A stretch of DNA of 64,000 bases, taken from Mobula hypostoma. Its lineage: Eukaryota. A program made the position numbers and the translations under genes. The notes beneath the pieces were generated by a model. The model saw only the letters and a list, made by a program, of their open reading frames with translations, was not told the DNA's origin and searched no databases. How positions within the stretch are numbered: the stretch's first letter is position 1; each line of letters starts with the position of its first letter. Shown one piece after another: positions 38,701 through 50,600 of this stretch. The stretch is taken from assembly GCF_963921235.1 (NCBI RefSeq), contig NC_086101.1, positions 1,922,001-1,986,000 of the forward strand, read 5' to 3'.

Positions 38701-40524
38701 TAACGAGTGTCCGGTGGAGACGGGGACTGGCCTGTGTAACGAGTGTCCGGTGGAGACGGGGACTGGGCTGTGTAGCGAGTGTCCGGTGGAGACGGGGACT
38801 GGCCTGTGTAACGAGTGTCCGGTGGAGACGGGGACTGTCCTGTGTACCGAGTGTCCGGTGGAGACGGGGACTGGCCTGTGTAACGAGTGTCCGGTGGAGA
38901 CGGGGACTGGGCTGTGTAACGAGTGTCCGGTGGAGACGGGGACTGGGCTGTGTAACGAGTGTCTTGCGGAGACGGGGACTGGGCTGTGTTGCGAGTGTCT
39001 TGCGGAGACGGGGACTGGGCTGTGTAACGAGTGTCCGGTGGAGACGGGGACTGGGCTGTGTAACGAGTGTCCGGTGGAGACGGGGACTGGCCTGTGTAGC
39101 GAGTGTCCGGTGGAGACGGGGACTGGGCTGTGTAACGAGTGTCCGGTGGAGACGGGGACTGGGCTGTGTAACGGGTGTCCGGTGGAGACGGGGACTGGCC
39201 TGTGTAACGAGTGTCCGGTGGAGACGGGGACTGTCCTGTGTAGCGAGTGTCCGGTGGAGACGGGGACTGGCCTGTGTAACGAGTGTCCGGTGGAGACGGG
39301 GACTGGCCTGTGTAACGAGTGTCCGGTGGAGACGGGGACTGGCCTGTGTAACGAGTGTCCGGTGGAGATGGGGTCTGGCCTGTGTAGCGAGTGTCCAGTG
39401 GAGACGGGGACTGTCCTGTGTGACGAGTGTCCGGTGGAGACGGGGACTGGCCTGTGTAGCGAGTGTCCGGTGGAGACGGGGACTGTCCTGTGTAGCGAGT
39501 GTCCGGTGGAGATGGGGACTGGCCTGTGTAACGAGTGTCCGGCGGATACGGGGACTGGCCTGTGTAGCGAGTGTCCGGTGGAGACGGGGACTGGCCTGTG
39601 TAGCGAGTGTCCGGTGGAGACGGGGACTGGCCTGTGTAACCAGTGTCCGGTGGAGATGGGGACTGGCCTGTGTAACAAGTGTCTTGTGGAGACGGGACTG
39701 TCCTGTGTAACGAGTGTCCGGTGGAGACGGGGACTGTCCTGTGTAACGAGTGTCCGGTGGAGACGGGGACTGGCCTGTGTAGTGAGTGTCCGGTGGAGAC
39801 GGGGACTGGGCTGTGTAGCGAGTGTCCGGTGGAGACGGGGACTGGCCTGTGTAACGAGTGTCTTGTGGAGACGGGGACTGGGCTGTGTAACGAGTGTCTT
39901 GTGGAGACGGGGACTGGGCTGTGTAACGAGTGTCCGGTGGAGACGGGGACTGTCCTGTGTAACGAGTGTCCAGTGGAGACGGGGACTGGGCTGTGTCGCG
40001 AGTGTCCGGTGGAGACGGGGACTGTCCTGTGTAACGAGTGTCCGGTGGAGACGGGGACTGGCCTGTGTAACGAGTGTCCGGTGGAGACGGGGACTGGCCT
40101 GTGTAGCGAGTGTCCGGTGGAGACGGGGACTGGCCTGTGTAACGAGTGTCTTGCGGAGACGGGGACTGGGCTGTGTTGCGAGTGTCTTGCGGAGACGGGG
40201 ACTGGGCTGTGTAACGAGTGTCCGGTGGAGACGGGGACTGGGCTGTGTAACGAGTGTCTTGCGGAGACGGGGACTGGGCTGTGTCGCGAGTGTCCGGTGG
40301 AGACGGGGACTGGGCTGTGTAGCGAGTGTCCGGTGGAGACGGGGTCTGGCCTGTGTCGCGAGTGTCCGGTGGAGACGGGGTCTGGCCTGTGTCGCGAGTG
40401 TCCGGTGGAGACGGGGACTGGGCTGTGTAGCGAGTGTCCGGTGGAGACGGGGTCTGGCCTGTGTCGCGAGTGTCCGGTGGAGACGGAGACTGGCCTGTGT
40501 AACGAGTGTCCGGTGGAGACGGGG
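26712..40524 (+). repeat. Minisatellite array 4, strict 36-bp unit GTGTAACGAGTGTCCGGTGGAGACGGGGACTGGCCT, about 384 copies
   Basis: Read directly. Variation is by substitution; only four 1-nt deletions were seen (about 36061, 37075, 38399, 39694). Confidence 0.99.
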
Positions 40525-40539
40525 TTGAGGACACTGTCA

Positions 40540-40739
40540 CTATTTTTGAGGTTGACTATAAAGCCCGCCCATAGAGAAAACTGATAGATCTACTTTGCAC
40601 GAAGAGAGACCAATCAGGATGCTCGCTCTCTCTCTCATAAAAATCGATTCAGGGTTATCGTATACAATTTCCGGGTGTAAGGGAGCTGCTATCAATATGC
40701 GGGAGACTCCCGGATCTTCCGGGAGAGGTGGGATGGCTG
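40540..40739. mobile_element. One end of a non-autonomous DNA transposon (hAT-like terminus)
   Basis: Ends in CGGGAGACTCCCGGATCTTCCGGGAGAGGTGGGATGGCTG (reverse strand starts CAGCCATCCCACCTCTCCCGG), with overlapping subterminal palindromes. The partner end was not found. Family assignment is from recall. Confidence 0.45.
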
Positions 40740-40754
40740 CAGAAGAATAATGGG

Positions 40755-41110
40755 TGGGGGAGGGATCTCATTGAAATCTATCGAACATCGAAGGGTCAGC
40801 ACAGCATTGTGGGCCGAAGGGCCTGTACTGTTCTATGTTCTGTGGAGTGGACTTGGATAGGAAGTTTCCGACAGCTGGCAGTTCAAGGACAAGAGCATAC
40901 GGACTCAGAATGGGGGGACGTCCATTTTGAGCAGAGATGAGGAGAAATTTCTTTTGCCAGAGGGTGGTGAATTAGTGCAATTTGTTCTCTGCCAAGTCAT
41001 CGAGTGTACTTACAGCGGCGGCTGATAAGTCAGGGGTGGAAGGTTACGGGGAGAAGACAGGAGAATAATAAATCAGCCGTGATGGAACAGATTCAACGGC
41101 CGACCTCTGT
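40755..41110 (+). mobile_element. Decayed CR1-clade LINE 3' fragment with a nested short CR1/SINE tail at about 40794-40841
   Basis: RDLIEIYRT...EMRRNFFCQRVVN motifs and a 3' UTR with GGTTACGGGGAGAAGACAGGAGAAT and ATCAGCC. It is interrupted by GGTCAGCACAGCATTGTGGGCCGAAGGGCCTGTACTGTTCTATGTTCT. Confidence 0.8.
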
Positions 41111-41188
41111 CCCCGTGTTTTACCGGCTGCGCTGAGCCGAGCCCAGCCCAGCGGTGAGCGGTACGCGGGACCGGCCACGCAGACTCAC

Positions 41189-41401
41189 CGTGTCGGTCCT
41201 GATATTGATGGCTTGTGCACTGTTGCTACCACTGCCACCAGCAATGACCGTGTCCCCCGTGCAGTAGCGAGCTGCATAGATGAACTCCCCGTGGTCGCGG
41301 TCCGAGGGGAAAGGGATGTTCTTCTCGGCCGATGATTTCCGGAAATCCCAGATCTGCAGAGCGTCACGAGCGACCCAGGAGCCCGTCAAAATCTTGTTGT
41401 T
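41189..41401 (-). CDS. Internal coding exon of a WD40-repeat protein gene: NNKILTGSWVARDALQIWDFRKSSAEKNIPFPSDRDHGEFIYAARYCTGDTVIAGGSGSNSAQAINIRTDT
   Basis: Pyrimidine-rich acceptor CTCTACGCTTCCTTTGCCAG|AAC and donor ACG|GTGAGT. Length is 213 bp (71 codons), phase 0 at the donor. It has the WD40 signature ILTGS...LQIWD followed by a second blade (VIAGGSG). Confidence 0.92.
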
Positions 41402-41612
41402 CTGGCAAAGGAAGCGTAGAGTGTCTCGCTGGGCCAATACAAGCCTGACACCTGACCCACACCGACCTCCACCCCCCCCAGTACCGACTACCGACACCTC
41501 CCCGGCCGTCCCGCTTTCAGATCACAGCTGACCTTCTGTAAACCATCTGCTCCTCCACAATCTCACGGCAATGATATCATACACTTTTGGCAATGATTAT
41601 TCCATCTTCTTA

Positions 41613-44600
41613 ACCCCATCACCCCCACTGGCACAACATCACCCATCACCCCTACTGGCATATCACCCCATCACCACTACTGGCACAACATCACCCATCA
41701 CCCCTACTGGCACAACATCACAACATCACCCATCACCCCATCACCCCTACTGGCACATCACCCCATCACCCCGACTGGCACAACATCACCCATCACCCCA
41801 TCACCCCCACTGGCACAACATCACCCATCATCACCCCATCACCCCTACTGGCACAACATCACCCCATCAGCCCTACTGGCACTACGTCACCCATCACCAA
41901 ATTATCCCCACTGGCACATCACCCATCACCCCCACTGGCACAACATCACCCATCATCACCCCATCACCCCTACTGGCACAACATCACCCATCACCCATCA
42001 GCCCTACTGGCACAACATCACCCTATCACCACATCACCCCCACTGGCACAACATCACCCCATTAACCATCACCCCTACTGGCACAACATCACCCATCACC
42101 CCCACTGGCACAACATCACCCATCACCCCCACTAGCACAACATCACCCATCACCCCATCACATCCACTGGCACAACATCACCCATCACCCCTACTGGCAC
42201 ATCACCCATCACCCCATCACCCCTACTGGCACAACATCACCCCATCACCCCTACTGGCACAACATCACCCATCATCACCCCATCACCCCCACTGGCACAA
42301 CATCACCCATCATCACCCCCACTGGCACAACATCACCCATCATCACCCCATCACCCCTACTGGCACAACATCACCCATCACCCCACCACCCCCACTGGCA
42401 CAACATCACCCATCACCCCTACTGGCACAACATCACCCATCACCCCATCACCCCCACTGGCACAACATCACCCCATTAGCCATCACCCCTACTGGCACAA
42501 CATCACCCATCACCCCCACTGGCACAACATCACCCATCATCACCCCATCACCCCTACTGGCACAACATTACCCATCACCCATCACCCCTACTGGCACAAC
42601 ATCACCCATCACCCCATCACCCCCACTGGCACAACATCACCCATCACCCCTACTGGCACATCACCCATCACCCCATCACCCCTACTGGCACAACATCACC
42701 CCATCACCCCCACTGGCACAACATCACCCATCATCACCCCATCACCCCTACTGGCACAACATCACCCATCACCCCATCACCCCCACTGGCACAACATCAC
42801 CCATCACCCCTACTGGCACATCATCCATCACCCATCACCCCTACTGGCACAACATCACCCATCACCCCATCACCCCCACTGGCACAACATCACCCATCAC
42901 CCCTACTGGCACAACATCACCCATCACCCATCACCCCTACTGGCACAACATCACCCATCACCCCCACTGGCACAACATCACCCATCACCCCTACTGGCAC
43001 AACATCACCCATCACCCCATCACCCCCACTGGCACAACATCACCCATCACCCCTACTGGCACAACATCACCCATCACCCCATCACCCCTACTGGCACAAC
43101 ATCACCCATCACCCCATCACCCCTACTGGCACAACATCACCCATCATCACCCCATCACCCCCACTGGCACAACATCACCCATCATCACCCCATCACCCCT
43201 ACTGGCACAACATCACCCATCACCCCACCACCCCCACTGGCACAAAATCACCCATCACCCCTACTGGCACAACATCACCCATCACCCCATCACCCCCACT
43301 GGCACATCATCACCCATCACCCCATCACCCCTACTGGCACAACATCACCCATCGCCCCATCAACCCATCACCCCTACTGGCACAACATCACCCATCACCC
43401 CTACTGGCACAACATCACCCATCACCCCATCACCCCCACTGGCACAACATCACCCCATTAGCCATCACCCCTACTGGCACAACATCACCCATCACCCCCA
43501 CTGGCACAACATCACCCATCATCACCCCATCACCCCTACTGGCACAATATTACCCATCACCCATCACCCATCACCCCTACTGGCACAACATCACCCATCA
43601 CCCCATCACCCCCACTGGCACAACATCACCCATCACCCCTACTGGCACAACATCACCCATCACCCCATCACCCCTACTGGCACAACATCACCCATCACCC
43701 CATCACCCCCACTGGCACAACATCACCCATCATCACCCCATCACCCCTACTGGCACAACATCACCCATCACCCCACCACCCCCACTGGCACAACATCACC
43801 CCATCACCCCCACTGGCACAACATCACCCATCATCACCCCATCACCCCTACTGGCACAACATCACCCCATCACCCCCACTGGCACAACATCACCCATCAC
43901 CCCATCAGCCCTAATGGCACATCACCCATCACCCCATCACCCCTACTGGCACAACATCACCCATCACCCCCACTGGCACAACATCACCCATCATCACCCC
44001 ATCACCCCTACTGGCACAACATCACCAATCACCCCACCACCCCCACTGGCACAACATCACCCATCATCACCTCATCACCCCTACTGGCACAACATCACCC
44101 ATCACCCCATCAACCCACTGGCACAACATCACCCATCACCCCACCACCCCCACTGGCACAACATCACCCATCATCACCTCATCACCCCTACTGGCACAAC
44201 ATCACCCATCACCCCTACTGGCACAACATCACCCCATCACCCCTACTGGCACAACATCACCCATCATCACCCCATCACCCCCACTGGCACAACATCACCC
44301 ATCATCACCCCACTGGCACAACATCACCCATCATCACCCCATCACCCCTACTGGCACAACATCACCCATCACCCCACCACCCCCACTGGCACAACATCAC
44401 CCATCACCCCATCACCCCCACTGGCACATCATCACCCATCACCCCATCACCCCTACTGGCACAACATCACCCATCGCCCCATCACCCCATCACCCCTACT
44501 GGCACAACATCACCCATCACCCCTACTGGCACAACATCACCCATCACCCCATCACCCCCACTGGCACAACATCACCCCATTAGCCATCACCCCTACTGGC

Positions 44601-47600
44601 ACAACATCACCCATCACCCATCACCCCCACTGGCACAACATCACCCATCATCACCCCATCACCCCTACTGGCACAACATTACCCATCACCCATCACCCCT
44701 ACTGGCACAACATCACCCATCACCCCATCACCCCCACTGGCACAACATCACCCATCACCCCATCACCCCTACTGGCACAACATCACCCCATCACCCCCAC
44801 TGGCACAACATCACCCATCATCACCCCATCACCCCTACTGGCACAACATCACCCATCACCCCACCACCCCCACTGGCACAACATCACCCCATCACCCCCA
44901 CTGGCACAACATCACCCATCATCACCCCATCACCCCAACTGGCACAACATCACCCCATCACCCCCACTGGCACAACATCACCCATCACCCCATCACCCCT
45001 ACTGGCACAACATCACCCATCACCCCATCACCCCCACTGGCACAACATCACCCATCATCACCCCATCACCCCTACTGGCACAACATCACCCATCACCCCA
45101 TCACCCCCACTGGCACAACATCACCCCATCACCCCCACTGGCACAACATCACCCATCATCACCCCATCACCCCTACTGGCACAACATCACCCCATCACCC
45201 CCACTGGCACAACATCACCCATCACCCCATCACCCCATCACCCCTACTGGCACACATCACCCATCACCCCATCACCCCTACTGGCACAACATCACCCATC
45301 ACCCCCACTGGCACAACATCACCCATCATCACCCCATCACCCCTACTGGCACAACATCACCCATCACCCCACCACCCCCACTGGCACATCACCCATCATC
45401 ACCTTATCACCCCTACTGGCACAACATCACCCATCACCCCATCACCCCCACTGGCACAACATCACCCATCACCCCACCACCTCCACTGGCACAACATCAC
45501 CCATCATCACCTCATCACACCTACTGGCACAACATCACCCATCACCCCATCACCCCCACTGGCACAACATCACCGCATTAGCCATCACTCCTACTGGCAC
45601 AACATCACCCCATCACCCCCACTGGCACAACATCACCCATCATCACCCCATCACCCCTACTGGCACAACATCACCCATCACCCCATCACCCCCACTGGCA
45701 CAACATCACCCATCACCCCTACTGGCACAACATCACCCATCATCACCCCATCACCCCCACTGGCACAACATCACCCATCACCCCATCACCCCCACTGGCA
45801 CAACATCACCCATCATCACCCCATCACCCCTACTGGCACAACATCACCCATCACCCCATCACCCCCACTGGCACAACATCACCCATCACCCCTACTGGCA
45901 CAACATCACCCATCACCCCATCACCCCCACTGGCACAACATCACCCATCACCCATCACCCCTACTGGCACAACATCACCCATCATCACCCCATCACCCCT
46001 ACTGGCACAACATCACCCATCACCCATCAGCCCTACTGGCACAACATCACCCATCACCCCATCACCCCTACTGGCACAACATCACCCATCACCCCTACTG
46101 GCACAACATCACCCATCACCCCATCACCCCTACTGGCACAACATCACCCATCACCCCATCACCCCTCCTGGCACAACATCACCCCATCACCCCATCACCC
46201 TCACTGGCACATCACCCCATCACCCCCACTGGCACAACATCACCCATCATCACCCCATCACCCCTACTGGCACAACATCACCCCATCACCCCCACTGGCA
46301 CAACATCACCCATCACCCCATCACCCCTACTGGCACATCACCCATCACCCCATCACCCCTACTGGCACAACATCACCCATCACCCCCACTGGCACAACAT
46401 CACCCATCATCACCCCATCACCCCTACTGGCACAACATCACCCATCACCCCACCACCCCCACTGGCACAACATCACCCATCATCATCACCTCATCACCCC
46501 TACTGGCACAACATCACCCATCACCCCATCACCCCCACTGGCACAACATCACCCATCACCCCACCACCCCCACTGGCACAACATCACCCATCATCACCTC
46601 ATCACCCCTACTGGCACAACATCACCCATCACCCCATCACCCCTACTGGCACAACATCACCCCATCACCCCCACTGGCACAACATCACCCATCATCACCC
46701 CATCACCCCTACTGGCACAACATCACCCATCACCCCATCACCCCCACTGGCACAACATCACCCATCACCCCTACTGGCACAACATCACCCATCACCCCTA
46801 CTGGCACAACATCACCCATCACCCCCACTGGCACAACATCACCCATCACCCCTACTGGCACAACATCACCCATCACCCATCACCCCTACTGGCACAACAT
46901 CACCCATCACCCCATCACCCCCACTGGCACAACATCACCCATCACCCCTACTGGCACAACATCACCCATCACCCCATCACCCCTACTGGCACATCACCCA
47001 TCACCCCATCACCCCTACTGGCACAACATCACCCATCATCACCCCATCACCCCCACTGGCACAACATCACCCATCATCACCCCATCACCCCTACTGGCAC
47101 AACATCACCCATCACCCCACCACCCCCACTGGCACAAAATCACCCATCACCCCTACTGGCACAACATCACCCATCACCCCATCACCCCCACTGGCACATC
47201 ATCACCCATCACCCCATCACCCCTACTGGCACAACATCACCCATCGCCCCATCAACCCATCACCCCTACTGGCACAACATCACCCATCACCCCTACTGGC
47301 ACAACATCACCCATCACCAAATCACCCCCACTGGCACAACATCACCCCATTAGCCATCACCCCTACTGGCACAACATCACCCATCACCCATCACCCCCAC
47401 TGGCACAACATCACCCATCATCACCCCATCACCCCTACTGGCACAATATTACCCATCACCCATCACCCATCACCCCTACTGGCACAACATCACCCATCAC
47501 CCCATCACCCCCACTGGCACAACATCACCCATCACCCCTACTGGCACATCACCCATCACCCCATCACCCCTACTGGCACAACATCACCCCATCACCCCCA

Positions 47601-50600
47601 CTGGCACAACATCACCCATCATCACCCCATCACCCCTACTGGCACAACATCACCCATCACCCCACCACCCCCACTGGCACAACATCACCCCATCACCCCC
47701 ACTGGCACAACATCACCCATCATCACCCCATCACCCCTACTGGCACAACATCACCCCATCACCCCCACTGGCACAACATCACCCATCACCCCATCACCCC
47801 TACTGGCACAACATCACCCATCACCCCATCACCCCTACTGGCACAACATCACCCATCACCCCCACTGGCACAACATCACCCATCATCACCCCATCACCCC
47901 TACTGGCACAACATCACCAATCACCCCACCACCCCCACTGGCACAACATCACCCATCATCACCTCATCACCCCTACTGGCACAACATCACCCATCACCCC
48001 ATCAACCCTACTGGCACAACATCACCCATCACCCCACCACCCCCACTGGCACAACATCACCCATCATCACCTCATCACCCCTACTGGCACAACATCACCC
48101 ATCACCCCTACTGGCACAACATCACCCATCACCCCATCACCCCCACTGGCACAACATCACCCATCACCCCATCACCCCTACTGGCACAACATCACCCATC
48201 ACCCCATCACCCCTACTGGCACATCACCCATCACCCCATCACCCCTACTGGCACAACATCACCCATCATCACCCCATCACCCCCACTGGCACAACATCAC
48301 CCATCATCACCCCCACTGGCACAACATCACCCATCATCACCCCATCACCCCTACTGGCACAACATCACCCATCACCCCACCACCCCCACTGGCACAACAT
48401 CACCCATCACCCCATCACCCCCACTGGCACATCATCACCCATCACCCCATCACCCCTACTGGCACAACATCACCCATCGCCCCATCACCCCATCACCCCT
48501 ACTGGCACAACATCACCCATCACCCCTACTGGCACAACATCACCCATCACCCCATCACCCCCACTGGCACAACATCACCCCATTAGCCATCACCCCTACT
48601 GGCACAACATCACCCATCACCCATCACCCCCACTGGCACAACATCACCCATCATCACCCCATCACCCCTACTGGCACAACATTACCCATCACCCATCACC
48701 CCTACTGGCACAACATCACCCATCACCCCATCACCCCCACTGGCACAACATCACCCATCACCCCATCACCCCTACTGGCACAACATCACCCCATCACCCC
48801 CACTGGCACAACATCACCCATCATCACCCCATCACCCCTACTGGCACAACATCACCCATCACCCCACCACCCCCACTGGCACAACATCACCCCATCACCC
48901 CCACTGGCACAACATCACCCATCATCACCCCATCACCCCAACTGGCACAACATCACCCCATCACCCCCACTGGCACAACATCACCCATCACCCCATCACC
49001 CCTACTGGCACATCACCCATCACCCCATCACCCCTACTGGCACAACATCACCCATCACCCCCACTGGCACAACATCACCCATCATCACCCCATCACCCCT
49101 ACTGGCACAACATCACCCATCACCCCACCACCCCCACTGGCACAACATCACCCATCATCACCTCATCACCCCTACTGGCACAACATCACCCATCACCCCA
49201 TCACCCCCACTGGCACAACATCACCCATCACCCCACCACCTCCACTGGCACAACATCACCCATCATCACCTCATCACACCTACTGGCACAACATCACCCA
49301 TCACCCCATCACCCCCACTGGCACAACATCACCCCATTAGCCATCACTCCTACTGGCACAACATCACCCGATCACCCCCACTGGCACAACATCACCCATC
49401 ATCACCCCATCACCCCTACTGGCACAACATCACCCATCACCCCATCACCCCCACTGGCACAACATCACCCATCACCCCTACTGGCACAACATCACCCATC
49501 ATCACCCCATCACCCCCACTGGCACAACATCACCCATCATCACCCCCACTGGCACAACATCACCCATCATCACCCCATCACCCCTACTGGCACAACATCA
49601 CCCATCACCCCACCACCCCCACTGGCACAACATCACCCATCACCCCTACTGGCACAACATCACCCATCACCCCATCACCCCCACTGGCACAACATCACCC
49701 CATCACCCATCACCCCTACTGGCACAACATCACCCATCACCCCATCACCCCCACTGGCACAACATCACCCATCATCACCCCATCACCCCTACTGGCACAA
49801 CATTACCCATCACCCATCACCCCTACTGGCACAACATCACCCATCACCCCATCACCCCCACTGGCACAACATCACCCATCACCCCTACTGGCACAACATC
49901 ACCCATCACCCATCACCCCTACTGGCACAACATCACCCATCACCCCATCACCCCTACTGGCACAACATCACCCATCACCCCATCACCCCCACTGGCACAA
50001 CATCACCCCATCACCCCCACTGGCACAACATCACCCATCATCACCCCATCACCCCTACTGGCACAACATCACCCCATCACCCCCACTGGCACAACATCAC
50101 CCATCACCCCATCACCCCTACTGGCACATCACCCATCACCCCATCACCCCTACTGGCACAACATCACCCATCACCCCCACTGGCACAACATCACCCATCA
50201 TCACCCCATCACCCCTACTGGCACAACATCACCCATCACCCCATCACCCCCACTGGCACAACATCACCCATCATCACCTCATCACCCCTACTGGCACAAC
50301 ATCACCCATCACCCCATCACCCCCACTGGCACAACATCACCCATCACCCCACCACCCCCACTGGCACAACATCACCCATCATCACCTCATCACCCCTACT
50401 GGCACAACATCACCCATCACCCCATCACCCCTACTGGCACAACATCACCCCATCACCCCCACTGGCACAACATCACCCATCATCACCCCATCACCCCTAC
50501 TGGCACAACATCACCCATCACCCCATCACCCCCACTGGCACAACATCACCCATCACCCCTACTGGCACAACATCACCCATCACCCATCACCCCTACTGGC

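Larger units (their letters stand above)
26586..41188 (-). other. Last coding-region intron of the WD40 gene (14,603 bp, GT-AG, phase 0)
   Basis: Donor ACG|GTGAGT (41188-41183) and acceptor TTGCCAG ending at 26586. About 95% of its length is the 36-bp array. Confidence 0.8.

Noticed and set aside
26712..40524. 36-bp repeat length suggestive of a CRISPR array
   Set aside because: Units are head-to-tail with no unique spacers, there are no cas genes, and the context is eukaryotic.
26684..40584. (LCNECPVETGTG)n CxxC-repeat ORFs resembling a metal-binding or ferredoxin-like protein, plus overlapping 2,000-4,700 aa ORFs
   Set aside because: Five frames are open at once because the 36-mer has few stops. 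There is no unique N- or C-terminal domain, the frame is broken by a TAG at 33056-33058 and by frameshifts, and the array lies within an intron of the opposite-strand gene.
41120..41497. The 125-aa ORF as a complete single-exon gene
   Set aside because: Only 41401-41189 is WD40-like and it is bounded by splice sites; the flanking residues are intronic read-through.
41571..45581. His/Pro/Thr-rich mucin-like ORFs (164 and 555 aa)
   Set aside because: Translations of array 5; module lengths of 7 and 8 bp scramble the frame.
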